Assembly: GCA_023380475.1 (NCBI GenBank)
Contig: JAMCRD010000003.1
Coordinates: forward strand, 28,397-92,396
Direction of reading: 5' to 3'
DNA length: 64,000 nucleotides
Source: Patescibacteria group bacterium
Lineage (GTDB): Bacteria > Patescibacteriota > Minisyncoccia > UBA6257 > Colwellbacteraceae
The notes beneath the pieces are model-generated. The model saw only the letters and a list, made by a program, of their open reading frames with translations, made no database searches and was not told where the DNA came from. Each line of letters opens with the position of its first letter. Positions within the stretch are counted from its first letter, which is position 1. This document shows, piece by piece, positions 9,062 through 19,290 of the stretch. Both the position numbers and the translations under genes were made by a program.

Positions 9062-10069
9062 ATGTTCACGAATAGGATAGGCATAGATTTAGGTACAACT
9101 AATACGGTTGTTTTTGTGCCCGGACGAGGTTTTGTGGTTAATGAGCCGACCATTGTCGCTCTCAGTCTGCCGGACAACAACGTTATGGCCGTCGGCAGAG
9201 AGGCTAAAGAAATGATCGGCAGAACTCCGGGGGATATAGCTGCCTATCGGCCATTAAAGGACGGTGTGGTTGCTGACTACTATATCACCAGAGCTATGCT
9301 TAAGTATTTCATAAACAAGGCCACGGGGCCTTGGAACTTGGTTAAACCGGATGTTGTCATATCGGTACCGGCAGGGATTACGGCTACAGAGCGACGGGCG
9401 GTTATCAATGCTGCCCAGGAAGCAGGAGCCAAAAACGCCTATGTTGTGCGCGAGCCGCTGCTGGCCGCCCTTGGCGCAGGGATAGCCATTAATTCATCTT
9501 CAGGGAATATGATCATTAATATCGGCGGCGGAACTTCTGAAGTCGCCGTTATTTCCTTGGGAGGGATAGTTTGCTGGTCCAGTATAAGAGTGGCTGGCAA
9601 TAAATTTGACGAGGCCGTCATGGGCTACATTAAGAAGAAATATGGTGTAGCTATAGGAGAACAGAGTGCTGAAGCTATAAAGATATCAGCCGGTTCAGCT
9701 ATGCCTCTTAAGACCAAGCTTGAGGTTAACTTCCGTGGCCGAGATTTGGTGAGTGGCCTACCTAAGGACCTGACGATAAATTCCAACGAGATAGCAGAGG
9801 CTTTAAACCCTTATCTGGCCGATATAGCAGCGGCGGTCCAGGGGGTTTTCAACCAAACCCCTCCGGAACTGGTGGCAGACGTCATGGAAAAGGGGATTAT
9901 TTTGTCAGGCGGAACAGCCAACCTGCGCCACATTGACGGATTCTTCGAACGAATCTTTAACGTGCCAACGTACGTCGCTGAGGATTCAATTTTATGTGTA
10001 GCTAAAGGCTCCGGGATAATCATCGATCACCTTGATGTCTATAAAAGAACGCTCCTCAACAAGAGATAG
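9062..10069 (+). CDS. mreB: rod shape-determining protein MreB (paralog 1)
   Basis: IGIDLGTTNTVVFV...NEPT...MIINIGGGTSEVAVIS shows the actin-fold phosphate-1 and phosphate-2 motifs. Confidence 0.88.
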   Translation: MFTNRIGIDLGTTNTVVFVPGRGFVVNEPTIVALSLPDNNVMAVGREAKEMIGRTPGDIAAYRPLKDGVVADYYITRAMLKYFINKATGPWNLVKPDVVISVPAGITATERRAVINAAQEAGAKNAYVVREPLLAALGAGIAINSSSGNMIINIGGGTSEVAVISLGGIVCWSSIRVAGNKFDEAVMGYIKKKYGVAIGEQSAEAIKISAGSAMPLKTKLEVNFRGRDLVSGLPKDLTINSNEIAEALNPYLADIAAAVQGVFNQTPPELVADVMEKGIILSGGTANLRHIDGFFERIFNVPTYVAEDSILCVAKGSGIIIDHLDVYKRTLLNKR

Positions 10070-10082
10070 GGCGCCTAAACCT

Positions 10083-10907
10083 ATGGCAGGTTACGACCGG
10101 CTTTGGGGCACTTTTGTTGAAAAGGCTGACAATCACAGTCTTTTTCACGGTTATATCTTCTTTGGAGAACAGGGGGTCGGCAAGTTCACTTTTGCTAATT
10201 GCTTGGCCAACTATCTTGAGTTCGACCGCATGGATAAACAGGACACGCCTCGCAGCGAAACCTTAATGGTTAGCGTTGGCAATGGGAAAGAAAGTATAGG
10301 CATAGATACGATTCGAGACATAAAATATTTTCTATCTGAGCAGCCATCAGCCTCAGCTTATCGAACGGTACTAATCGACGGGGCTGATAATCTTACCGAC
10401 CAAGCTCAGAATGCTCTATTAAAGGTATCAGAAGAACCCCCGGCGCATGGACTATTGATATTGATTACCAATGATCTCGATAATCTCTTGCCCACCCTTC
10501 AATCGCGCTTCCACAAGATTTACTTCCCAAGGCTCTCTAAAAACGAGATAGCTAAGCATTTAGAATCAATACTGAAATTGGATAAAGAAGCGGCTGAGAA
10601 AATAGCTAAGATTTCTTTTGGCAAAATGGGACGCGCTTTACAGTTGGCTGCAGGTGACGAACTAGATGCAAGACAAAAGGCCAGGAAGGCACTCAAAGAT
10701 CGACTTGCGGCTAGGAAATTGCTGGCTGACGCCGTAGACGATCCAGAGCAGCTTAATGCTATTATTAAAGAGTTACTGGCCGAGTTAGCCTTAAACCCTC
10801 AGCAGAATCTCACAACCATTAAAGAGCTATTGCGTAGGAATACGTTGAACAACTCGCTCAACACCAACAAGAGACTACAATTGGAAGCTGCCCTATGGAC
10901 TATATAA
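10083..10907 (+). CDS. holB: DNA polymerase III delta' subunit (clamp-loader AAA+)
   Basis: It has GYIFFGEQGVGKF, a box with VLIDGADNLTDQAQNALLKVSEEPP, and SRFHKIYF. The ATG is at 10083; the track start at 10032 overlaps mreB. Confidence 0.75.
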   Translation: MAGYDRLWGTFVEKADNHSLFHGYIFFGEQGVGKFTFANCLANYLEFDRMDKQDTPRSETLMVSVGNGKESIGIDTIRDIKYFLSEQPSASAYRTVLIDGADNLTDQAQNALLKVSEEPPAHGLLILITNDLDNLLPTLQSRFHKIYFPRLSKNEIAKHLESILKLDKEAAEKIAKISFGKMGRALQLAAGDELDARQKARKALKDRLAARKLLADAVDDPEQLNAIIKELLAELALNPQQNLTTIKELLRRNTLNNSLNTNKRLQLEAALWTI

Positions 10908-11428
10908 AAGAATTAGAAAAAAAGTTTGCCGCCGCCGCCGCCGAGCTTAAGGAGACGCTGTCGTCTTTTCGAACAAATCGCCCTACGCCTAAGTTGGTGG
11001 AAAACATCAAAGTACCTTATTTAGATCAAACAATGTCGGTTAAGCAATTGGGGTCAATAACAGTTGAACCACCCCGCGATTTAGTTATATCAGTTTGGGA
11101 CAGGAACAGTTTGCCGGCTGTGGCTAAGGCCATCGAATCAGAGAATATAGGACTTAGCGTTGCCCCCCAAGGCAATGTAGTTAGAGTGCGTCTGCCTGAA
11201 CTCACTGAAGAAAGGCGCCACGAGCTGGAAAAGTTGGTAAAATCTTCCATTGAAGAGACTAGGATAAAAATGCGAGTGGAGCGTGACGCAGTCAACAAAA
11301 ATATAAATGCCGAAAGCGATAAGGATACCAAGTTCAGGTCAAAAGAAGAAGTGCAAAAATTGGTTGATAAGTTTAACGGCGTAATTGAAGTAATGCTGAA
11401 GGACAAGCTAAGCGAGATCCTTAGCTAG
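10895..11428 (+). CDS. frr: ribosome recycling factor
   Basis: FRTNRPTPKLVENIKVPY...PELTEERRHELEKLVK is a typical RRF sequence. Confidence 0.88.
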   Translation: MDYIKELEKKFAAAAAELKETLSSFRTNRPTPKLVENIKVPYLDQTMSVKQLGSITVEPPRDLVISVWDRNSLPAVAKAIESENIGLSVAPQGNVVRVRLPELTEERRHELEKLVKSSIEETRIKMRVERDAVNKNINAESDKDTKFRSKEEVQKLVDKFNGVIEVMLKDKLSEILS

Positions 11429-11429
11429 G

Positions 11430-12473
11430 ATGTTGTCAGCCATAGTAGCGGCGATAGTATTTTTACTTATCTTGGTTATCGGCCACGAGCTTGGTCATTT
11501 TTTGATGGCTAAACTTATGGGAGTTACGGTTTTGGAATTTGGTTTCGGCTTTCCGCCTAAGATAGTTTCCAAGCGCTTTAAGGGAACGGAGTATAGCCTT
11601 AACACCCTGCCGTTCGGAGGATTTGTAAGAATATACGGCGAGAAAGAGGCCTTGAGACCAGAACCAGGCGTAGAGCCAGGCACTACTTTAGTGAGTTTCA
11701 AAGACCTGTCGGCACCCAAGCAGGTATTGATAGCTGTTGCTGGGATAATCATGAACTTGCTGATAGCTTGGGTAGCCTTATCGGTCGTATTTATGATCGG
11801 TACTCCGTCGACAGTGGTAGTAACCGCCGTGGAACCTAATAGCCCAGCCGCAGCAGCGAAGATCATGCCCGGGGACGAGATTCTCAATTTTAACAGCCCC
11901 AATGCTTTCAATACTTTCATAGATAAAAATCTAGGTCATCAAATCTCTTTCGAAGTGAATCGGGACAGCAAGCAGATAGATATCGAGGTATCGCCTCGTT
12001 CCAATCCGCCTGCTGGCGAGGGCCATTTAGGTGTTGTCCTGGCAGGTGCCGGTATAGCCAAAGAAAACGTATTTAGCTCTATAGTGGACGGAGCAAAACT
12101 TACAGCTGAGACAACCGCTTTGGTGGGCATGGCGCTGTGGGAACTGTTGGCAGGCTTAGCCACCGGGCACTGGGGAGTTTTGGCAGGGGTTACCGGTCCA
12201 GTCGGCATAGTATCTATTGTAGGGCAGGCCACAACTCAAGGCATACCTTATCTGCTGTATCTTTTAAGTTTGATATCAGTTAACTTGGCTATCATAAATA
12301 TCGTACCCTTCCCGGCCTTGGATGGAGGCAGAATTATCATGATCGGGATAGAAAAGGTATTCGGCCGCAAAATTGAGCCCAAGATTGAAGCCTGGATCAA
12401 CGGCATAGGCATGCTTCTTTTGCTATTTTTAATGGTCCTGATTACTATAAGAGATATAGGTAGATTGTTATGA
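11430..12473 (+). CDS. rseP: RIP metalloprotease RseP (site-2 protease)
   Basis: It has HEXXH (GHELGHFLMA), a PDZ segment, the LDGG motif (PFPALDGGRI) and multiple TM helices. Confidence 0.85.
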   Translation: MLSAIVAAIVFLLILVIGHELGHFLMAKLMGVTVLEFGFGFPPKIVSKRFKGTEYSLNTLPFGGFVRIYGEKEALRPEPGVEPGTTLVSFKDLSAPKQVLIAVAGIIMNLLIAWVALSVVFMIGTPSTVVVTAVEPNSPAAAAKIMPGDEILNFNSPNAFNTFIDKNLGHQISFEVNRDSKQIDIEVSPRSNPPAGEGHLGVVLAGAGIAKENVFSSIVDGAKLTAETTALVGMALWELLAGLATGHWGVLAGVTGPVGIVSIVGQATTQGIPYLLYLLSLISVNLAIINIVPFPALDGGRIIMIGIEKVFGRKIEPKIEAWINGIGMLLLLFLMVLITIRDIGRLL

Positions 12474-13687
12474 AACAGAGTGAATTATTTACTAAGACCT
12501 TGCGAGAAGCGCCAAAGGACGAAGATGCCGTGAACGCTCAGTTGCTTATACGAGCCGGCTTTATAGATAAGTTGATGGCTGGTGTGTACACGATGCTGCC
12601 GCTGGGGCTCATGGTGCGCAATAAGATTGAACAGATTGTCCGTGAAGAGATGGCTAAGATAGGAGGCAACGAGATAGTTATGCCGGTACTGCAGCCTATG
12701 GCCAACTGGGAAAAGACCGGTCGTTGGAATAGTCTAGACGTCCTTTTTAAGTTCACAAGCTACTACACTAAAAACGATTACGCTCTTGGACCGACACATG
12801 AAGAAGTGATCTCGCCTTTGTTAAAGAAGTTCATTCTTTCTTACAAAGATCTGCCTAGATACGTTTTCCAGATCCAGAATAAATTCAGGGATGAACCACG
12901 CTCCAAATCCGGTCTACTGCGAGGCAGAGAATTCTTGATGAAAGATCTATATTCTTTTCACGCCAACCAGAAAGATCTGGATAAATATTATGAGTTGGTA
13001 ATCAAAACTTATATGAAGATGTATAAACGCCTTGGATTGGGGGGTAATACATACGTTACCTTTGCTTCAGGTGGAACTTTTTCCAAGTATTCTCATGAGT
13101 TTCAGACGGTAGCTGATGCTGGCGAAGACACTATATATATATGCGATAAATGTAAGATAGCCGTAAATAAAGAGATAATCAAAGAACAAAAGGTATGTCC
13201 CAAGTGTGGTGGAAGCAAGTTAAGGGAAGCCAGATCGATTGAGGTTGGGAATATATTCAAGCTTAGCAACAAGTTTTCGGCACCATTCGGGCTTTCATAT
13301 CGAGATGAGCGTGGGAATATGAACGACGTAGTAATGGGTTGCTATGGTATGGGGATAAGCCGTCTAGTTGGTACTATCGTGGAAGTCTCTCACGATGACC
13401 GGGGAATTATATGGCCGGAGAGCATTGCCCCATTCCGTTTTCATCTTGTCGAGCTTAGGAAAGGAATAGGGCGTGACCTTTATAGGCGTTTGCAAGCCAA
13501 AGGAGATAATGTACTCTATGACGACAGGGAACTTTCAGCGGGGGAGAAGTTTGCTGATGCGGACCTAATCGGCATCCCTTACAGACTGGTGGTCAGCGAG
13601 AAGACCGGTAAGAAGATTGAGGTCAAGAAAAGGGATAGTAAGAACACAAAATTAGTGGGTTATGGCACTATTTCGAAACTTTCATAA
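12470..13687 (+). CDS. proS: prolyl-tRNA synthetase, minimal form with a Zn-ribbon insertion
   Basis: Class II motif 2 (FRDEPRSKSGLLRGREF) and motif 3 (GCYGMGISRLVG) are present. A C-terminal anticodon-binding domain ends the protein. CDKC...CPKCGG sits where the INS editing domain would be. Confidence 0.8.
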   Translation: MKQSELFTKTLREAPKDEDAVNAQLLIRAGFIDKLMAGVYTMLPLGLMVRNKIEQIVREEMAKIGGNEIVMPVLQPMANWEKTGRWNSLDVLFKFTSYYTKNDYALGPTHEEVISPLLKKFILSYKDLPRYVFQIQNKFRDEPRSKSGLLRGREFLMKDLYSFHANQKDLDKYYELVIKTYMKMYKRLGLGGNTYVTFASGGTFSKYSHEFQTVADAGEDTIYICDKCKIAVNKEIIKEQKVCPKCGGSKLREARSIEVGNIFKLSNKFSAPFGLSYRDERGNMNDVVMGCYGMGISRLVGTIVEVSHDDRGIIWPESIAPFRFHLVELRKGIGRDLYRRLQAKGDNVLYDDRELSAGEKFADADLIGIPYRLVVSEKTGKKIEVKKRDSKNTKLVGYGTISKLS

Positions 13688-14708
13688 GAACGTAGGTATA
13701 GATCTAGGCACAGCTAACTTCCTTATTTATTTGGGTGGGCAAGGCATTGTGGTTAATGAACCGACTTTGGTTGCTTTGAATAATCGTACCGGTCAAATAC
13801 TGGTGATCGGCAATGAAGCCAAAAAAATGCTGGATCGCTCGCCAGCTCATATTAGTTTGATCAAGCCTCTTATCGGTGGCGTAATATCCGATTTTGAGAT
13901 GACGGAAGCCATAATAAAATACTTCCTAAGGAAAGTCGGTGGAGAGGGATTGTTCACTCGCTACAATCTCGCTGCCATATGTGTTCCAACCAACCTTACC
14001 GAGGTGGAACGTAAATCAGTTGAGGATGCAGCTGTATCCGCCGGGATATCCAAAACGCTGCTAGTCGAAGAACCGATAGCTTCAGCTATTGGCGGTCGGT
14101 TGCCCATCGAAGAGCCTACCGCTAATATGATTGTCGATATCGGCGGAGGTACAAGTGAGATATCCATAATCTCGGCTGGCGGAACAGTCATTTCCAAGAG
14201 CCTTAAGGTAGCTGGTCAAAAGCTTAACGAAGATATAGTTCGCTATATAAGAGATGAATTCAAATTGATGGTTGGTGAACCTACCGCTGAAGAACTTAAG
14301 ATAACTATCGGCTCAGCCATACCTCAAGATGAAAAATTGGAGATGACCATCCGTGGCAGGGACATGTCTACTGGTCTGCCGAAAGAGATAACCGTGAAAA
14401 GCGGCCACGTCCGAGTAGCCATGCAAAAATCGCTGAAAACCATTGTCGAAGCTATACGTGAGATAATCGAGGAGGCCCCACCGGAGCTCGTCGGCGATAC
14501 GTTAAAACGGGGTATTTATCTCTCGGGAGGTGGCAGCTTGCTTATGGGGCTGGACCAATATATTGAGAGGGAAACTACGGTCAAGACCAGGTTGGTGGAC
14601 GATCCTCTGACTTGCGTTGTCCGCGGCTTGGGGATAATCGTTGAAGATTTACCCAAGTATGAAACCATACTATCTAATCAGCCGAAAGCTAAAGTGGTGA
14701 ATATATAA
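13662..14708 (+). CDS. mreB: rod shape-determining protein MreB (paralog 2, in the mreBCD operon)
   Basis: VGIDLGTANFLIYL...NEPT...MIVDIGGGTSEISIIS. It lies directly upstream of mreC. Confidence 0.88.
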   Translation: MALFRNFHKNVGIDLGTANFLIYLGGQGIVVNEPTLVALNNRTGQILVIGNEAKKMLDRSPAHISLIKPLIGGVISDFEMTEAIIKYFLRKVGGEGLFTRYNLAAICVPTNLTEVERKSVEDAAVSAGISKTLLVEEPIASAIGGRLPIEEPTANMIVDIGGGTSEISIISAGGTVISKSLKVAGQKLNEDIVRYIRDEFKLMVGEPTAEELKITIGSAIPQDEKLEMTIRGRDMSTGLPKEITVKSGHVRVAMQKSLKTIVEAIREIIEEAPPELVGDTLKRGIYLSGGGSLLMGLDQYIERETTVKTRLVDDPLTCVVRGLGIIVEDLPKYETILSNQPKAKVVNI

Positions 14709-14710
14709 AT

Positions 14711-15385
14711 ATGAGGCGGGCCTTTGCCTTAGTGGTCATTGCTCTGGCGGTAATCGTGTTCATAGTACACAGCCAGTTCGCAACCGAAGGCAAGTCGTTG
14801 GGAACGGCAGCTATAGGGGATATAGCTGCCGTCGTAAGTTCGTCTAACTCTAGCGTGAGTAATGAGTTGACAGCATTGCAACAAGAGAACGCCGCCTTAA
14901 GGGTGCAACTGTTTAACCAAAGCCTGTACAGCCCGACAAATACAGTTGAAGTTTATTCAGACTATCCCTTGAACAGCGAGCAGGAAATAGCTATTGCCGC
15001 TGGCAGTCGGGAAGGGGTTAAAGTCGGGGACATTGTCACGTGGGGGAGCAGCGTTCTGATAGGTAAAGTTACGGCGGTGATGGATGACGCCAGCATTGTC
15101 TCCACGATTTTTGACCCATCTTGGCAAATGGCTGTTAGAATAGGTAACTCGCAAGCAGACGGATTGCTTCAAGGTGGCGTATCGCCAACCGTCACTCTCA
15201 TACCCCAGAATGGGCAGATCAATGTCGGTGATATGGTCATAACAGCCACAACGGGTTTCCCATACGGTTTAGAGGTCGGGGTCGTAAAGACAATCGAAAA
15301 CACTCCGAATAGCGTTTTCCGTCAAGCTACCATTCAGACCGAAATAGACATACCGCATCTGACCAATGTTACGGTTCATTATTAA
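14711..15385 (+). CDS. mreC: rod shape-determining protein MreC
   Basis: An N-terminal TM is followed by a coiled-coil (LQQENAALRVQL) and a beta domain (GVKVGDIVTWGSSVLIGKVTAV). It follows mreB. Confidence 0.75.
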   Translation: MRRAFALVVIALAVIVFIVHSQFATEGKSLGTAAIGDIAAVVSSSNSSVSNELTALQQENAALRVQLFNQSLYSPTNTVEVYSDYPLNSEQEIAIAAGSREGVKVGDIVTWGSSVLIGKVTAVMDDASIVSTIFDPSWQMAVRIGNSQADGLLQGGVSPTVTLIPQNGQINVGDMVITATTGFPYGLEVGVVKTIENTPNSVFRQATIQTEIDIPHLTNVTVHY

Positions 15386-15806
15386 TTTGATTCTAATAAT
15401 AGTTGCTGGGTTACTGCAGTCCGCAACATGGTTCACGCTTGCTGGCGTCAAGTCTGATCTGGTCATGGTCCTAGTGCTGGTCATGCTTATGATTGATCAC
15501 GACTGGCTGGATCGTTTGGCTTTGATTCTTTTAGGAGAATTAATGCTCCAGTTTGGTCCTCGTCCCGACATATACAGCATCATCTTTTTAGGTTTAATGG
15601 TAATAAGCGCGCTGGTCATCGACTTGGTTAGTCTGCAACCCTACTTAACTTTGGGATCCGTAGTGGTCGCAGCAACCATCTTGATGAACGTCTACGGTCA
15701 CATACCGTGGAGCATCATCCTGACAGAATCGGCCTACAACCTCGTGCTAGCCATTTTGTTCTACACCGTGTTAAAACGACCTTATGGCCAAAAGATATCT
15801 AAATAA
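15366..15806 (+). CDS. mreD: rod shape-determining protein MreD (putative)
   Basis: A 146-aa polytopic membrane protein between mreC and pbp2. The call is positional. Confidence 0.55.
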   Translation: MLRFIINLILIIVAGLLQSATWFTLAGVKSDLVMVLVLVMLMIDHDWLDRLALILLGELMLQFGPRPDIYSIIFLGLMVISALVIDLVSLQPYLTLGSVVVAATILMNVYGHIPWSIILTESAYNLVLAILFYTVLKRPYGQKISK

Positions 15807-17640
15807 AAATATAGATCTGGACGAGACGGTGGCGGATAGCGCCTTTCAAGGGCTAAACCCGAAAGAACAACCCTTGCACTCGCGTGTCTTCTGGCTATTG
15901 CTTCTACTCGCCCTTATGTTTGCCTTAGCTACCTCGATACGCCTCATCACCATGGGGACTTTGAACTATACCCATTACAGCCTCTTGGCTGAAGAAAATG
16001 CCAACGAGATTACACCCATTGTTGCTCCCCGCGGTGTGATAACCGACCGCTTTGGTACTTCTTTAGCTGAGAACCAGCCGGTTTTCAGCGCTTATTTGAA
16101 TGTAGCCGACATGATTAAGAACAGCCAGAGAGATGCTGTGTTCAACGCTGCTCAAAATATCTTGGGCGTAGATAGCAGTAAACTGTCTTCCGAGGTAGGC
16201 GGGGTCAATTTTGAACAAGGGGGACAAATTCTTCTGTTGCGCGATCTCAGCCGCGAACAGCTAATAGCCTTGCAAAGTTTGAATATCTCCTCAATTAAAA
16301 TCGAGAATGACTATGAACGTCTTTATCCGAATGATTCCCAAGCCTTCTCAACGGTTATTGGCTATGTCGGTCAAACCAGCAGTAGCAATCGGCTCCAAGG
16401 ATTAGCCGGATTAGAAAGCTACTATAACGCCACTCTTCAAGGAACAGATGGTGAAACCGTCACGCCTAGGAATGCCCAAGGTCAGATTGAAGGTCAACCG
16501 ACAACCATAGCGCCTCAAGCTGGGCAGAACCTTCAGACGACCATCGATGGCCCATTTCAAGACTACTTTTATAACCGCATGTTGTCTGGCTTACAGCAGC
16601 TTAACCGCACCAATGGCATCGGTCTAGCTATAAATCCACAAAACGGGCAGGTGTTGGCCATGATAAGTTTCCCAACCTATGATCCTAATAACGTCGCCGC
16701 GGCGCTTAACAACCCCAACCAGCCGTTGTTTAACCGAGCCGTCAGCGGCCAGTACAGTCCCGGTTCGACCATAAAACCGCTGGATGCCGTAGCTGTCTTA
16801 AAAAGCGGCAACATAAGCCCAACCCAACAGATCATGTCGGTAGGCTATATGTACGTGCCCAATCCATATAATCCCTCTAGCCCCAGCAAGTTCATGGATT
16901 GGCGGCCTCAAGGCCTTGTTGACCTCTATTCAGCTATTGCTCGCTCTTGCGATGTTTACTTCTACATCACGGTCGGCGGTTCGCCGGCGCGGACGACGCC
17001 CTTGCTCAACGACCCTAGTGACTATGGCGTCACGGGGATCGGCCCCGGAAGCTTATATGAATGGTGGCAAAAGTTCGGCTTAGGCAAGCCAACTGGCATA
17101 GATATGCCTGGAGAAACGGCCGGCTTTCTGCCTAACCCCACTACCTACGAACAGACCACTGGCCGCCCGTGGTTGTTGGGTGACACCTATAACGTCGCCA
17201 TTGGTCAAGGTGACCTGCAGGTCACGCCCTTACAGCTAATGGACTACATTAGTGCCATTGCCAACAATGGCGTAGCTTATCAGCCGAGCTTATTACTGAA
17301 CGCTACTCCAACCAAGATCTTAGATCTGTCGAGTCTTTCGCCCCAGATCAAACAGGTTCAGCAAGGCATGATCGAAACCGTAGCCAAATCTTATGGGACA
17401 GCTTATCTCCTGCATACCCTGCCATTTTCGGTCGCCGCCAAAACAGGCAGTGCTCAAACTAACAACAACAGCCGAGTCAATGCTATTTTTGTTGGCTATG
17501 CTCCGGCCACCAACCCTCAGATTGAGGTCGTGATTCTGATAGAAAATGGCTATGAAAGTATTTTGAACGCTGTCCCGATAGCTAAGGATGTACTGTCGTG
17601 GTACTATGAAAATCGAATAGCCAAAAACAGCAACAGTTAA
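15784..17640 (+). CDS. mrdA: penicillin-binding protein 2 (elongasome transpeptidase)
   Basis: An N-terminal TM, the SxxK motif (STIKP), SxD/N (SCD) and KTG (KTGSAQ). It sits in the mreBCD-pbp2 arrangement. Confidence 0.85.
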   Translation: MAKRYLNKNIDLDETVADSAFQGLNPKEQPLHSRVFWLLLLLALMFALATSIRLITMGTLNYTHYSLLAEENANEITPIVAPRGVITDRFGTSLAENQPVFSAYLNVADMIKNSQRDAVFNAAQNILGVDSSKLSSEVGGVNFEQGGQILLLRDLSREQLIALQSLNISSIKIENDYERLYPNDSQAFSTVIGYVGQTSSSNRLQGLAGLESYYNATLQGTDGETVTPRNAQGQIEGQPTTIAPQAGQNLQTTIDGPFQDYFYNRMLSGLQQLNRTNGIGLAINPQNGQVLAMISFPTYDPNNVAAALNNPNQPLFNRAVSGQYSPGSTIKPLDAVAVLKSGNISPTQQIMSVGYMYVPNPYNPSSPSKFMDWRPQGLVDLYSAIARSCDVYFYITVGGSPARTTPLLNDPSDYGVTGIGPGSLYEWWQKFGLGKPTGIDMPGETAGFLPNPTTYEQTTGRPWLLGDTYNVAIGQGDLQVTPLQLMDYISAIANNGVAYQPSLLLNATPTKILDLSSLSPQIKQVQQGMIETVAKSYGTAYLLHTLPFSVAAKTGSAQTNNNSRVNAIFVGYAPATNPQIEVVILIENGYESILNAVPIAKDVLSWYYENRIAKNSNS

Positions 17641-17645
17641 GTTTC

Positions 17646-18629
17646 ATGGCGCAATCGGAGTTAAGACAGGATGTGGTTTCAGGAGATTGGGTTCTGCTGG
17701 CCCCGGCCAGAGGGAGCCGCCCCCATCAGTTGGTAAACAAAACCAAACCCAAGATACCTTCTAAAAAGGGATGTATTTTTGAGAACCCGGAGAAAGCTGG
17801 AGGTTCACCGATAATAGTGAGTTCTCCTAAAAACAGTCCGTGGGTTCAAATCGTACCTAATAAATTTCCGGCTGTTAGTCACAGCAGGATCATGGCAGTT
17901 ATCGCCAAACAGGGGCCATTTTTCGTCCTGCCAGGGGTAGGCCACCACGATCTGGTCGTAACCAGAGATCACCGAAAGAATTTCCCCAAGTTGCCCTTGG
18001 AAGAAGCCAGGCTGCTGGTGCAGATGTTCCAACGCCGCTACAAGACCTTGGCCCAGGATCCTTACGTAGCTTACATATCTGTATTTCATAATTGGGGCAT
18101 ACGAGCCGGAGCGTCCATCTACCATCCTCATTACCAGATAATAACCATGCCGATAATACCCCCTACGGTGGAACATTATCTGGCCGGATCAGCTAAGTAT
18201 TTTCGCGATAACGCCCATTGCGCCTACTGCACGTCGATCAAGTGGGAAAGGAAATATGAGAAGCGGGTTATCTATGAAAACGATGAGGCGATAGCTTTTG
18301 CGCCCTTTGTTTCCAGATATCCTTTTGAGATACAAGTTTTCCCGAAGAAACACCTTCCTTTCTTCGAAGACACAGACGCAGCTACCCTTAACAGCGTGAC
18401 GGAAGTCCTTCATCGGTCGCTGCGAATGATCGAGAGAAAATTTAAACAACCGGATTACAACTTTTTCTTTGATACAGCTCCGACAATAGACAAGAGCAAG
18501 AATAAACACTATCACTGGCATATTGAGATCCGGCCGAAATTCAAAGTCGACGGCGGTTTCGAGTCGGATACCGGCATAGAAATCAATACCGTCGATCCCG
18601 ATCTAGCCGCGAAGTTTCTGAGGAGGTAA
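17646..18629 (+). CDS. galT: galactose-1-phosphate uridylyltransferase family (HIT superfamily) protein
   Basis: It has GHHDLVV and the HPHYQ histidine motif. The size and two-half architecture match GalT. Confidence 0.75.
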   Translation: MAQSELRQDVVSGDWVLLAPARGSRPHQLVNKTKPKIPSKKGCIFENPEKAGGSPIIVSSPKNSPWVQIVPNKFPAVSHSRIMAVIAKQGPFFVLPGVGHHDLVVTRDHRKNFPKLPLEEARLLVQMFQRRYKTLAQDPYVAYISVFHNWGIRAGASIYHPHYQIITMPIIPPTVEHYLAGSAKYFRDNAHCAYCTSIKWERKYEKRVIYENDEAIAFAPFVSRYPFEIQVFPKKHLPFFEDTDAATLNSVTEVLHRSLRMIERKFKQPDYNFFFDTAPTIDKSKNKHYHWHIEIRPKFKVDGGFESDTGIEINTVDPDLAAKFLRR

Positions 18630-18645
18630 AACCATCCGAACGACT

Positions 18646-19254
18646 ATGGGTTTTTCGCTTCTTTCGGAAATATCGGCCTTTATTCTGGCGGTAGTATCCA
18701 GCCTCGGCTACTGGGGAGTATTCATCCTCATGGTTTTTGAAAGTCTGGACATACCTATCCCTTCCGAAGTTGTGCTGCCTTTCGCTGGCTTTCTGGTTTA
18801 CCTAGGCAAGTTTGATATTGTAGCCGTCATTCTAATCGCGGCCACGGGTAATTTGGTCGGCTCATTGATCAACTACTGGCTGGCTTATAGGTATCGAGAC
18901 GGTGCGGCGGCGCTGATTGAAAAGTGGCACCTGGTTGGCGTTAAGGAAATAAACTGGGCTTACCGTTGGTTTGAGACAAGGGGATTGATTGTAGTGTTCC
19001 TGGGACGTTTATTGCCCATAGTAAGAACCTTCATTTCCTTCCCAGCCGGATTCTTTAAGGTCAGCCTGAAGCACTTCGCCTTACTTACTTTCATTGGCTC
19101 GTTTATATGGGGAGCAGCCTTAACATATATAGGCTATGTAGCTGGCTATAACTGGATGACGCTCGAACCATACTTCCGGCAATTCGATTATCTTATATGG
19201 GGCATAATTGCCATTGCTATAATCTGGGAGATAGCGCGGAGGATTCGCAAGTGA
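18646..19254 (+). CDS. DedA/SNARE-associated family membrane protein
   Basis: VLPFAGFLVYLGKF...GNLVGSLINYWLAYRYG is the DedA signature. Confidence 0.75.
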   Translation: MGFSLLSEISAFILAVVSSLGYWGVFILMVFESLDIPIPSEVVLPFAGFLVYLGKFDIVAVILIAATGNLVGSLINYWLAYRYRDGAAALIEKWHLVGVKEINWAYRWFETRGLIVVFLGRLLPIVRTFISFPAGFFKVSLKHFALLTFIGSFIWGAALTYIGYVAGYNWMTLEPYFRQFDYLIWGIIAIAIIWEIARRIRK

Positions 19255-19290
19255 GGACTCCGCAATAAAATAGTGCTAAAATTTCTAAAG

